IMG/VR virus record: IMGVR_UViG_3300029908_000016
Coordinates: 17,006 to 81,005 of that record
DNA length: 64,000 bases
Origin: a virus
Direction: 5' to 3' (one strand)
Under the pieces are notes generated by a model that searched no databases, was not told the DNA's origin, and saw nothing but the letters and a program-made list of their open reading frames with translations. Of the stretch, positions 1 through 9,261 are shown piece after piece; the first letter of the stretch is position 1; every line of letters begins with the position of its first letter. The position numbers and the translations under genes are program-made.

Positions 1-491
1 CTCGTCCAGATTATCGATTAGAAGATTTTATTGATGATACAGCAGAATTTATGTGTGCAGTCGATCATCATCAAGTATTTGGTGATTGTTTCATTATTAA
101 GAATTGTCCAAATTCTATCAGATTGATTCGTGAAGTATTGGCAAGGCGTAATGAATTTCCAAATGAACAATGGGCATTTTCTACAATATTATCCAAATCA
201 CAAACATTTGGTCATTATTGTGAGAAAGCTGGTTATTCGAACGGTACAACAGAATTTTATAAACGTAGTGAGGATATACTAAACAGTAACTATGTTAAAG
301 TAAAAGTATGGGATGTCTCACAACCTAAAAAAATCAGTGGAGATATTCCTTGGTTACATGATGACCCAAATGTAGTTCCTCCTTGTCATGCTTGGTATGA
401 AGATACCTTTTCTTTACATGTTGGAGGCAAGTCCTTAAAATTTCGATTGGGGTTTATTCCATTGATGACCGAAAATCTAAAGTTTGACTAA
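1..491 (+). CDS. hypothetical protein, possibly 5'-truncated by the window
   Basis: 146 aa ORF from 51; frame appears open upstream; no recognised motif. Confidence 0.5.
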   Translation, partial: RPDYRLEDFIDDTAEFMCAVDHHQVFGDCFIIKNCPNSIRLIREVLARRNEFPNEQWAFSTILSKSQTFGHYCEKAGYSNGTTEFYKRSEDILNSNYVKVKVWDVSQPKKISGDIPWLHDDPNVVPPCHAWYEDTFSLHVGGKSLKFRLGFIPLMTENLKFD

Positions 492-638
492 TCAGTTTTA
501 GGTTTTATATTATATTCCCTTATTGGAGTGTTTGTGATTGAAGAAATAGTAATCGTAAGCTTTCTTTTAGCTATTCCGATTACTTTTGTAATTTTATATT
601 ATTTTGACAAGGAATAATAAATATACTAAATTAAATAC

Positions 639-713
639 TGCGCGGTAGAGAAGTAGTAACTCATTTGGCTCATAACCAAAAGATCGTCGGTGCAAATCCG
701 ACCTGCGCTACCA
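639..713 (+). tRNA. tRNA-Met(CAT), initiator-like
   Basis: Cloverleaf: acceptor TGCGCGG/CTGCGCT with 1:72 mismatch, anticodon arm TTTGG-CTCATAA-CCAAA, T arm GTCGG-TGCAAAT-CCGAC, encoded ACCA end. Confidence 0.92.
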
Positions 714-720
714 CTTTATA

Positions 721-755
721 TAAAAAACTCTGGAATAAAAATCCAGAGTTTTTTA
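721..755. terminator. intrinsic terminator (bidirectional)
   Basis: TAAAAAACTCTGGA-7nt-TCCAGAGTTTTTTA inverted repeat right after the tRNA. Confidence 0.75.
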
Positions 756-761
756 TCATTT

Positions 762-833
762 TATGAGATATCTTAATTGGTAAAGAATCACAATGTACAT
801 GTGAATATAAGGGTTCAAGCCCCTTTCTCATAT
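762..833 (+). tRNA. degenerate tRNA-like element (GTA anticodon)
   Basis: Acceptor TATGAGA/TCTCATA, D arm TCTT-AATTGGTA-AAGA, anticodon arm TCACA-ATGTACA-TGTGA, T arm AAGGG-TTCAAGC-CCCTT; atypical loop bases, no CCA. Confidence 0.6.
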
Positions 834-849
834 TTTATATACCACATAA

Positions 850-886
850 CCCCCCTCTGTAGAGTGAATCGAATTTTGGTATAATA
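850..886 (+). promoter_or_regulatory. phage promoter motif copy 1
   Basis: CCCCCCTCTG...TTGGTATAATA, same spacing as copies at 3423 and 36269. Confidence 0.7.
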
Positions 887-1004
887 CTTTATGGATAATG
901 CATATAAAGAGACATTAGTTTTTGGCGCAATCGTTGTTGCAATGATGGTGATTATAACAATATTGTTTCTATCCCTAATTCGTATATTTGGTAACTAGAA
1001 AATT

Positions 1005-1445
1005 ATGAAAACAATTGAAGGAAATATTTTGGATATACCTCGGGGTATAATCTGTCATCAAGTCAATCTACTGGGAATTATGGGTGGAGGATTGGCATTA
1101 CAAATTAAAAACAAATGGCCTAGAGTCTATGAATATTATGCTAGATACTGTCAACTTAGTCCAGAACTGGGTGACGTGTGTTATGCTGATGCGAACAAAA
1201 ACATAATGGTAGCAAACTTGTTTGGTCAATGCCGCATTGGTGGAAATAAGAATAACACTGTTTATGGTGTATACCCAAAGATGTTAGAAGATGTGGTTTC
1301 TGCAAGTTTAGCAGCTGAACTCCCAATCTATATTCCTTATGGTATTGGTTGTGGATTGGCAGGTGGTGATTGGAATATCATGCTTCCTATTTTGGAAAAA
1401 CATCTTCTTGAGAGTGCAACAATTGTTAAATATAACGGAGTATAA
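1005..1445 (+). CDS. macrodomain ADP-ribose hydrolase (Poa1p/DarG-like)
   Basis: IEGNILD, ICHQVN..G.MGGGLA, PYGIGCGLAGGDW motifs. Confidence 0.88.
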   Translation: MKTIEGNILDIPRGIICHQVNLLGIMGGGLALQIKNKWPRVYEYYARYCQLSPELGDVCYADANKNIMVANLFGQCRIGGNKNNTVYGVYPKMLEDVVSASLAAELPIYIPYGIGCGLAGGDWNIMLPILEKHLLESATIVKYNGV

Positions 1446-1450
1446 AAATT

Positions 1451-1945
1451 ATGCTACTAGAATGGACAACTTGTATAGGTGGTGAAATGGCAGAGACCAG
1501 AAATGTGACTTATAAGATTACAAAATATTTGCCCAACTACAATATTTTTAACCTTGCCGTAATTAAAAACAATCAAATTGTAAGCGAACACCACTTTTAT
1601 TCGATAAATGAAGCCAAAGATAAAGCGGAAGGACATCATCTTCATGAATTAACTTCAACCAATATTGATGTTACAGAGCTTGCTCAACAACCAAAGTGTT
1701 TATCTGACTACGATAAAGGTTATAACGAAGGTTATAACAATAGTTTGAAAGACTTAACCGCACTAGTAAAGCGTTTAGCTGAAAAAAATAGAATTCTTGA
1801 GGATGATCATTTGAGTTTATCGCAGGACAAGGCTAAGCAAATAGAGGAGATTGAAAGATTAAATGCCATTAATCTTAAATTAGTAACTACTCTTGATAAA
1901 ATAGTTGAGTCAGTAGAAAAAGTGTTACCTGATCTTCAGAAATAA
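1451..1945 (+). CDS. hypothetical coiled-coil protein
   Basis: 164 aa ORF; YDKGYNEGY repeat followed by heptad pattern. Confidence 0.6.
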   Translation: MLLEWTTCIGGEMAETRNVTYKITKYLPNYNIFNLAVIKNNQIVSEHHFYSINEAKDKAEGHHLHELTSTNIDVTELAQQPKCLSDYDKGYNEGYNNSLKDLTALVKRLAEKNRILEDDHLSLSQDKAKQIEEIERLNAINLKLVTTLDKIVESVEKVLPDLQK

Positions 1946-1972
1946 TAAAAAAGGGAAGTAACTAACCTTTTT

Positions 1973-2218
1973 TTATATGTTAATATCATTGTTCTCAAAG
2001 TCACCATGATAAGCTGTGGCTACTTCAAATTCTTGTTTTATGATGTCTGTCAGTTCTTCGTATTTTTCCATACTTAGATAAAATGACTTACCACGAGGTA
2101 CAATGAATCCTTCATTCAAAGCTTCAAAGAAACGATCTTCAATTGTTCGATTATTCGCGTAATATCGATCCAAAAATAACTTTAATTTATCTGATAAGGA
2201 TATCGTTATATTAATCAT
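1973..2218 (-). CDS. hypothetical protein
   Basis: 81 aa ORF coupled to the AAA ATPase gene. Confidence 0.55.
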   Translation of the reverse strand: MINITISLSDKLKLFLDRYYANNRTIEDRFFEALNEGFIVPRGKSFYLSMEKYEELTDIIKQEFEVATAYHGDFENNDINI

Positions 2219-3381
2219 GGTTTATAGCCAAAACCAATTGGATTTAGATTTTTGGTATTGAAGCTTTCTTTCACTTGATTAACAGCTTCTGCGAAATTGT
2301 CATTTAACGACTTTTTATTGACTAAAGATAGTATCTCACATGTTCGTTTGATTTCTTTGATATGTGAGCCTGTAAATCGAGAATGGTAGCATAAAGCCTT
2401 TAATTCGTTGTTTAATGATTTTTTAAAAAAGAAATCTAATATTGCATCGATTTCAGTAGGAGCCGGATAATCAAATAAAAACTTACGATTAAATCTCATT
2501 GGTCGGGATTTGATAGCATCGTCAAGATTCTTTAAAAAATTGGTTGTAGCTATGAATATAATTTTATTTTCATCATCAGACAATCCACTTATTAATTGTA
2601 GGAAGTTACTTAATTCAGGATTGTCTTTGTCTTCTCGACTGCCTGCATAGCTATCGATATCTTCAAAAACAACCAAACAAGGTGATAAGTATTTCCTTAA
2701 AAATAATCCAAATTGTGTAAAATCAATTAATGAAGACACATAACAAGAGCTATATCCTTTCGTAATTGCTTCATAAATTAAACTCTTACAAGTTAGGCTC
2801 TTACCACTACCAGGTATACCATGAAATATCAGCCCGTTATTCAAATCCAGATTTTCCATCTGGAATATGGTATTTTCCCATATTTGATTTTTAATTGCGG
2901 GGTCAATAATCAATGTTTCCCATTTGACAGGTGTAATTGGATGATAAGCAATAGTGATATCCCCACCTTTTGCGTAAACTTGTAAATTTTTTCTTTTTAA
3001 AGGATTATTGAACTTTATGTAATTTTCAAAATAATCCTTCATTTTACTTACATCTTTTTTGGTAGATAGTGTAATGGTACTTACCTTATGATCAAAAACT
3101 AAGGTATAATTTTTTGATTTTTGATGAAACACAATCATTCCACTAATGATGATTGTTGCATTTTTATCTACATCGATTTCAAAATCAGCGGAATTGTCAT
3201 CATCGTATACAAAGTAATGTTTGTCGATTTCTTTAATGGCTTGTTGAATACAATAACAATTCATTCGATATTCAAAACCAAAATCATCAAAACTCCAGGT
3301 AAAATCATTTTCTCCTGTGGGTGAGTTATAATTGTCCACGTTCTCTACTTCAACAAGGAGTTCTTCAAAGCCCATACTCAA
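2215..3381 (-). CDS. AAA+ ATPase
   Basis: Walker A GIPGSGKS, Walker B VVFEDID, sensor ATTN, arginine finger RPMRF, C-terminal IGF. Confidence 0.88.
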   Translation of the reverse strand: MSMGFEELLVEVENVDNYNSPTGENDFTWSFDDFGFEYRMNCYCIQQAIKEIDKHYFVYDDDNSADFEIDVDKNATIIISGMIVFHQKSKNYTLVFDHKVSTITLSTKKDVSKMKDYFENYIKFNNPLKRKNLQVYAKGGDITIAYHPITPVKWETLIIDPAIKNQIWENTIFQMENLDLNNGLIFHGIPGSGKSLTCKSLIYEAITKGYSSCYVSSLIDFTQFGLFLRKYLSPCLVVFEDIDSYAGSREDKDNPELSNFLQLISGLSDDENKIIFIATTNFLKNLDDAIKSRPMRFNRKFLFDYPAPTEIDAILDFFFKKSLNNELKALCYHSRFTGSHIKEIKRTCEILSLVNKKSLNDNFAEAVNQVKESFNTKNLNPIGFGYKP

Positions 3382-3422
3382 AGTTAAGCTGATTGATCAT
3401 TAATGTCAAAAATGATTATTCA

Positions 3423-3459
3423 CCCCCCTCTGAAAAAAGATATAAATATTGGTATAATA
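3423..3459 (+). promoter_or_regulatory. phage promoter motif copy 2
   Basis: CCCCCCTCTG...TTGGTATAATA; followed by inverted repeat GAATTTACT-AATC-AGTAAATTC. Confidence 0.7.
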
Positions 3460-3520
3460 CTAAGTAGTAGAATTTACTAATCAGTAAATTCATTTTTAAA
3501 TAATAAATAAATCAGTAGTC

Positions 3521-4468
3521 ATGAATAATGTAACCACAAAACAAAAACGTTGGAAAAGCGGTACAAAAGAAATTCTATTAAAGGAGATTATTCGCCTTTA
3601 TAAAGATAACGCTTTTGGTCTGTCTGCTGATCATGGACTGATTGTGCGGAAAGCAATGGAGATACTCTCTCCAGAAGAGCGCAGAGATCCTGAATATGTG
3701 TCTCGTAGAAGTAATTTCTGCAAATCGTATATTCGTAGTTTATATACTTTGGAATTGCAGAAAGATAATCTGGAATTAGTAAAAAAGAATTATCAATCTG
3801 AACCTATGTGTGGGATTCCCTCGCATACACCCACACAAAAGATAGATGAAATTGATAATGATCTGGTTCTTGGTTTATTGAAAGATGGTATTGATAGTCG
3901 TTTAAATAAATTATTTGAGTCTATCACACCGAAAATTGAAAGTTCGGTTGATAACTTTATTACCAATAGTCTGACTAACTTTGAGAATCGTTTACAGCTT
4001 ATTCTTACCAATGTTGCGGATTTATCATCTTTGGTAAATGTCAGTCTTAAGCCAAATATCATTAAGCTTAGCGAAAAGCCTTCAGTCATCAACACAACGA
4101 CTGAAGATGATTATGATAACGCAATTGAAGAACCCTCCGTATTTGTTAATAAAATCAAAATTGGTGTGTTTGGTGTAAGGAAAGAACAGCATTCTGAAAT
4201 TGAAAAACGAATGCTCATTCACAAACATATCAAAATATTGTTTTATAACGAAGACATTGGGCATAAACCTGTTGCACCATCTGCGTATCTTCGTAAAATA
4301 TTTATTTACTTGGCTAACGGAAATGGTCATAACGAACGACAGACCATTCTTAGTAATGGATATACAGGTAAAGATATTGTATTAATCAATAAAGGAGGAT
4401 TATGCAAGATTATCGATGCACTGGAAGAGTATGCTCAAGAAACATATCGGGAACTACAAACAGCATAA
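3521..4468 (+). CDS. hypothetical protein
   Basis: 315 aa ORF directly after the promoter motif. Confidence 0.65.
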   Translation: MNNVTTKQKRWKSGTKEILLKEIIRLYKDNAFGLSADHGLIVRKAMEILSPEERRDPEYVSRRSNFCKSYIRSLYTLELQKDNLELVKKNYQSEPMCGIPSHTPTQKIDEIDNDLVLGLLKDGIDSRLNKLFESITPKIESSVDNFITNSLTNFENRLQLILTNVADLSSLVNVSLKPNIIKLSEKPSVINTTTEDDYDNAIEEPSVFVNKIKIGVFGVRKEQHSEIEKRMLIHKHIKILFYNEDIGHKPVAPSAYLRKIFIYLANGNGHNERQTILSNGYTGKDIVLINKGGLCKIIDALEEYAQETYRELQTA

Positions 4469-4557
4469 GGAACATGAATGATTTATTTGATCATCTTTAC
4501 ATTAACAGTCATTGTACTGACCAACACTAACATGACTCCAAAATCATAAATTTTAAC

Positions 4558-4749
4558 ATGATAAAATTAACATTAACCGATAATTCTACGGTAGTTATAG
4601 CAACATCTTATATTATCAGTCTTCGAAGTTTAAAATCTGTGTCAACAAGCTATACTCAAGGTGGGCGTACTATAATAAATTGTATGGAAGATAACCAATA
4701 TATTGTAAAAGAAAGTGTTACTGCGATATGGGAAACCCTCGGTAACTGA
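4558..4749 (+). CDS. small hypothetical protein (FlbD-like pattern)
   Basis: MIKLT...I.SL...T.I...YIVKESV.AI pattern. Confidence 0.45.
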   Translation: MIKLTLTDNSTVVIATSYIISLRSLKSVSTSYTQGGRTIINCMEDNQYIVKESVTAIWETLGN

Positions 4750-4932
4750 TATTAATTATATGTACAATGAAGATATAGTTAAAGAGTTATTGGAAATCAT
4801 AGAGCTACGTACAAAAGGATTAACCGCTGAGAATATGATACACAGCTATTATTACTTAATCGATGAATTGACGAATAAAATTGAGTTGCTGGAGCACCAT
4901 ATTGAAAACACTAGAAACGGATTTTAATAAAC

Positions 4933-5307
4933 ATGTATAAAGAATCATTTGATAATAAACAAGATAGGGAAACAACTGAAAAAACAACAGAACTAAACAA
5001 AAGTATGTCTAATTCTGCTGCACATAAATCTGTTAACTCTCCGCCCTTTCCAAGATTACCTGTACGAGAATATAAAGATGATAATGGCAAAACATTGTTT
5101 ATCTATGTATTCAATGAGGACATTGTAAAGTTTCATGGTGAGGAATGGGCAAAGAAATATTTTGATGTAGCGGGTGTCAATACCTGTCCGGTAATTGATA
5201 AGAATATTCCTGAAGGATATACCGCGAATAGTTTTGCAATGTATTACTGGGATTACTCAAGATTTGCAGATGTTGTAGATAAAGGTATAACCACTTACTG
5301 GGACTAA
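4933..5307 (+). CDS. hypothetical protein
   Basis: 124 aa ORF in an operon-like run. Confidence 0.55.
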   Translation: MYKESFDNKQDRETTEKTTELNKSMSNSAAHKSVNSPPFPRLPVREYKDDNGKTLFIYVFNEDIVKFHGEEWAKKYFDVAGVNTCPVIDKNIPEGYTANSFAMYYWDYSRFADVVDKGITTYWD

Positions 5308-5310
5308 ATT

Positions 5311-5745
5311 ATGAAAATTAAAACAATTAGAAAATCGATATTTGAAACTAATAGTAGTTCTACTCATTCAATTTCCGTAGCAGATTTAACACCTGAAGAC
5401 ATTAATAGAAAGAGTTATGGTTTTAGGAAAGGAACAACATTAAAAATTCATGGAGGTCAGTTTGGTTGGGAGATTGAAGAATATCGTGATTGGGAAACCA
5501 AAGCTTCGTATTGTGCGGTTGATAACTGGTGTGATCAAAAACGAATTGCGTTATTGACCGAAGTATTAAAAGAAGTTACTGGTGCTTCAGATGTAGAATA
5601 TTTGATTACCACAGAGTTAGAAGTTTCATATATTGATCATCAAAGCAGTGGAGTATCTTCCATACTCTTCGAAAACAAAGAAACATTAAAAAAGTTTATT
5701 TTTGGGAGTAATTCCGTATTATACACTGATAATGACAATCATTAA
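5311..5745 (+). CDS. phage protein with IRxxxFETNSSSTHS N-terminal motif
   Basis: IRKSIFETNSSSTHSI and YIDHQS motifs; I recall this family occurring beside phage radical SAM genes. Confidence 0.7.
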   Translation: MKIKTIRKSIFETNSSSTHSISVADLTPEDINRKSYGFRKGTTLKIHGGQFGWEIEEYRDWETKASYCAVDNWCDQKRIALLTEVLKEVTGASDVEYLITTELEVSYIDHQSSGVSSILFENKETLKKFIFGSNSVLYTDNDNH

Positions 5746-5979
5746 GATTAAGGAAGCTTCTGGAAACAAAACCAATATGACAACCTGCAAGGGCACGCTA
5801 ATCATACCCATGAAATCTTTAGGTCACATTTTATGTGACGAACTCTACCATGATAACCCCGATTACACACCCGATTTTTATTCTAAGCTCGACTCGGAAG
5901 CTAGATCGGAATTGGATCGCATCGCCAATGGCATCGGAACCGAAGCCATTCAGCGGAGCAATGCCGAAGGGAGGACACT

Positions 5980-6498
5980 ATGAGCTGGAGCAACGAACTT
6001 CACAAGTTAGATACTGATTCTCAGGTATTTTTTTATGAACAGGACTTCTACTGTTTATCAAACTTTTCGTCATTCTCCCTTCTTTGGGAAGGATTAAGAT
6101 TTGATACCTCAGAAGCTGCTTACCACTGGGAAAAATTCAGACACCATGATCCCGTCGTAGCAGCTCAAATTCATCAAGCTATTTCCGCTCATGATGCATT
6201 TAAAATTGCCCAAGCAAATAAGGCACGGCAATTGACCAACTGGGATGAACTCAAGTTGGTCGTCATGCGTCGAATACTACAAGCGAAAACAGATCAGCAC
6301 GAATACGTTAGACGGAAGCTCTTTGCTACTGGGGAACGTGAATTGATCGAAGACTCGTGGCGCGATGCCTATTGGGGATGGGGGCCAAACCGAGACGGGA
6401 AAAACCATCTAGGCAAGCTATGGATGGAGATTCGGTCAGAACTTTGTTTTAAAATTTATTTCTTACGTAACTTAGGAGTAACTACTTACAATCATTAA
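5980..6498 (+). CDS. NADAR (YbiA/DUF1768) family hydrolase
   Basis: LSNF, TSEAAYHWEKF, LIEDS..DAYWGWG...GKNHLGKLWMEIR. Confidence 0.92.
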   Translation: MSWSNELHKLDTDSQVFFYEQDFYCLSNFSSFSLLWEGLRFDTSEAAYHWEKFRHHDPVVAAQIHQAISAHDAFKIAQANKARQLTNWDELKLVVMRRILQAKTDQHEYVRRKLFATGERELIEDSWRDAYWGWGPNRDGKNHLGKLWMEIRSELCFKIYFLRNLGVTTYNH

Positions 6499-6500
6499 TT

Positions 6501-7517
6501 ATGACGTACGTTAATGGAGATTATAAGATTGAAATTCAAGACGATGGTACGTTAATTAGAACAGTTGATTCCAATATCAAAAATCCAAAAGTTGATTATC
6601 CATGTAGTATTGATGTAAAGATTACTAATCATTGCGATCAAGCGGATATCTGTACCTACTGCCATGAACGTAGCAATAAATCTGGTAAGCATGGTGATCT
6701 GGATTTAGGGTTGAAATTATTTGCTTCGTTACCTTCAGGTACAGAAATAGCTATTGGTGGAGGTAATCCACTGGATCATCCAAATCTTGTTAACTTCTTA
6801 TGGCATTTAAAGAATAAAAAATTAATAAGTAATCTAACCATTAATTCCAGGCATTTAACTGCTTACTCACGATTCATCAATAAACTGTTGGACGAAAAAT
6901 TAATTAAAGGATTAGGTGTAAGCTGGACAGCTAATACCAACGACGATCCACGTTATTGCATTTATAACCGTAAGAATATTGTTTATCATCTAATCATCGG
7001 TGTTGATACTCCTTATGATTACGAATTATTAGTAAATGCTTCAAAATCAAGAGTAGGTAAGCCTGAGCAAATAAAGGTACTATTACTGGGGTTTAAAAAC
7101 TTTGGTAATGGTGCTAAATATTTGAATCGATTAGGTAAGAAGGTTCAAAATAACATTGATTTATGGAAAAGTAGATTACCTAACTATCTGTTGAGGGAAG
7201 ATGGAAATGTTATATCTTTTGATAATCTTGCAATCCTTCAACTTGAAATTCAAGAATTATTAAAGCCAGAAGTTTATAATAAATTCTACATGGGAGACGA
7301 CGGTAAATTTTCCATGTACGTAGATTTGGTAAATAAGCAATATGCCAAAACATCAACAAGTGGTGAACGATTCGATATTGGTGAACTTGAGTTTATTAAC
7401 ATTAAAAATTGGAAAAGAAGTATCTCAATGAATAACTTTAATAATTTTGACCTTCCTAAAAATGATAAAAATGAACCTCGTATGCATGAAATCTTTCAAA
7501 ACATAAGGAGCTTATGA
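6501..7517 (+). CDS. radical SAM protein
   Basis: DVKITNHCDQADICTYCHE (CX5CX2C variant), IAIGGGNPLDHP, NLTIN. Confidence 0.85.
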   Translation: MTYVNGDYKIEIQDDGTLIRTVDSNIKNPKVDYPCSIDVKITNHCDQADICTYCHERSNKSGKHGDLDLGLKLFASLPSGTEIAIGGGNPLDHPNLVNFLWHLKNKKLISNLTINSRHLTAYSRFINKLLDEKLIKGLGVSWTANTNDDPRYCIYNRKNIVYHLIIGVDTPYDYELLVNASKSRVGKPEQIKVLLLGFKNFGNGAKYLNRLGKKVQNNIDLWKSRLPNYLLREDGNVISFDNLAILQLEIQELLKPEVYNKFYMGDDGKFSMYVDLVNKQYAKTSTSGERFDIGELEFINIKNWKRSISMNNFNNFDLPKNDKNEPRMHEIFQNIRSL

Positions 7518-7732
7518 CCAGGTACTCTAACGATCCTGACGCTCCTGCTTTCCCAACAGACAGTGAACACCAATCGGGTAAAAATACATATCATATGACA
7601 GGGATGACTATACGACAATATGCAGCTATTCATTTACGAGTAGCTGATAGTGGTGAAAAATGGTTGAATGATATGATTTGTAAAAGTTTAGAAAACGAAA
7701 ATACGCTTAAAGAACTAAATCAATCCCCCTAA
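7514..7732 (+). CDS. small phage protein (PAFP...GMTIRQYAA family)
   Basis: PAFP and GMT.R.Y.A motif common in phage small proteins. Confidence 0.65.
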   Translation: MTRYSNDPDAPAFPTDSEHQSGKNTYHMTGMTIRQYAAIHLRVADSGEKWLNDMICKSLENENTLKELNQSP

Positions 7733-7909
7733 ATGAAATATAAAATACAGGTAGAAGGAATAATTCATTGGGAAGATTTGGTTGATTCTGAGAATAAGGT
7801 TTTAGTGGTATACAATACTTATGATGAAGCTTTAGAGGACTATAACGATATTGTAAAGTTATTATTTAAGTCAGATGGTCGTTTTCGAATTGTTGCAATT
7901 GAGAATTAA
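7733..7909 (+). CDS. small hypothetical protein (58 aa)
   Basis: ATG immediately after the previous stop; MKYKIQVEG...AIEN. Confidence 0.45.
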   Translation: MKYKIQVEGIIHWEDLVDSENKVLVVYNTYDEALEDYNDIVKLLFKSDGRFRIVAIEN

Positions 7910-8078
7910 TAAATTATGCGTTCGCTGTTGTACTTTAGTGGATTATGTTTTCTGCTTTTTGTAATTATTCCTTATTATATTGTTATTGGAATATTCATCA
8001 AACAGCGTTCTTCAAGGATACATGAATGGAGTAACGACCAGTTGAATAGATTTTACTGGTTTTTCATTCGTGAATAAA

Positions 8079-8254
8079 TTTTGGGCAGTCTACGATGAAC
8101 AACGGAAAGCCGTTCTTATCGAAAGACACAAGCTTTAAAAATGTGAAATAACAAAGCTATGTGTATCAAGGATCGTTTCGACAGTCGTAGGTACCAACTC
8201 AAAAATACAATTATTAAAATAAAATAATTATTTATGCGTATCGGTGAATACGCA
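8079..8254 (+). ncRNA. putative structured RNA
   Basis: Nested complementary segments in an intergenic gap (see finding); strand inferred from the downstream terminator. Confidence 0.4.
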
Positions 8255-8256
8255 GG

Positions 8257-8286
8257 AACAGGGAGGTTAAATCCTCCCTGTTTTTT
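8257..8286 (+). terminator. intrinsic terminator
   Basis: AACAGGGAGG-TTAAAT-CCTCCCTGTT followed by T run, between convergent blocks. Confidence 0.8.
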
Positions 8287-8288
8287 AG

Positions 8289-9248
8289 CTATTGGAAAGC
8301 ATGATAATCAACCGTCAATAAATCTTGGAGCTTATTACCACCAGCATACGATATGCTGCTCTGTAAATGCTCTTCAAAGTATTTCATTTTCTCAAGGTAG
8401 GTAGAGTTATTCAAAGGTACCATTGTCGATTTACCTTCAATATGGGTTAATGATTTTTTTCCATTTGAAGAAGCAGAACCATAATAATGTTTACTATCTC
8501 CAGTATAGCTGTCCAACCTAGCAGGTGAATCATTACAAGCAGCAAACAAACTACCTATCATAATCATTGTATAACCAGCTACCAGCCCTTTTGTAATATC
8601 ACCTGGACATTGTACTCCCCCATCACCAATTAATGGTACTACGGAAGCATTGGAAGCTTCTACCCCTGCACTAAACATTGGGCTAGTAAATCCTGTGCAA
8701 TCATAAGTTGTACAAGCCAACCCCATACCTATTCCAACTTTGATGGCATGAACACCCCAGTACTGTAAATTGATAATTGAGTCATAATCACCTGCTACAT
8801 TACCAGCAATAATCTTAACTTCAGGTAAATTATGTCGAATGAACTCAATCATTTCATTCATTAAACGACAATAACCATGAGCAATATCAATAGTAATGAT
8901 TAGAGAATGTTGATTATAAGGTGTTAAAATATTCCTTAATTTGGTAAGAAAATCTCGATCTTTATCATTTACACCAACGGATAAGGAAAATATAAACTTT
9001 GAATATTTATTAGCCATTTGGTTTACCCATTGAAGAATATCATGTGGTTCGTAAAAACGATGGAGTATGTAGAAATATCCATTATTATACAATTCTTCAG
9101 CCAAACGAAAGTCTATAACACATTCCATATTTGCAGGAATGATAGGAGCTTTAAAGGTATGCCCTAAAAATGAGACAGAAGTATCAGCCAATGATCTACT
9201 CGATAATTGGCTATATTTTGGAGTTAGGTAAATATCACTATATTTCAT
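8289..9248 (-). CDS. guaC: GMP reductase
   Basis: PANMECVID, ILHRF, IDIAHG, IAGNV, IKVGIGMGLACTT, IGDGG, YYGSAS, SSISYAGG; no CBS domains. Confidence 0.9.
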   Translation of the reverse strand: MKYSDIYLTPKYSQLSSRSLADTSVSFLGHTFKAPIIPANMECVIDFRLAEELYNNGYFYILHRFYEPHDILQWVNQMANKYSKFIFSLSVGVNDKDRDFLTKLRNILTPYNQHSLIITIDIAHGYCRLMNEMIEFIRHNLPEVKIIAGNVAGDYDSIINLQYWGVHAIKVGIGMGLACTTYDCTGFTSPMFSAGVEASNASVVPLIGDGGVQCPGDITKGLVAGYTMIMIGSLFAACNDSPARLDSYTGDSKHYYGSASSNGKKSLTHIEGKSTMVPLNNSTYLEKMKYFEEHLQSSISYAGGNKLQDLLTVDYHAFQ

Positions 9249-9261
9249 TTTATGATATTTA

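Noticed and set aside
8079-8254. Hammerhead ribozyme or purine riboswitch controlling guaC
   Set aside because: No intact CTGATGA core, and the element lies 3' of guaC, not in its leader
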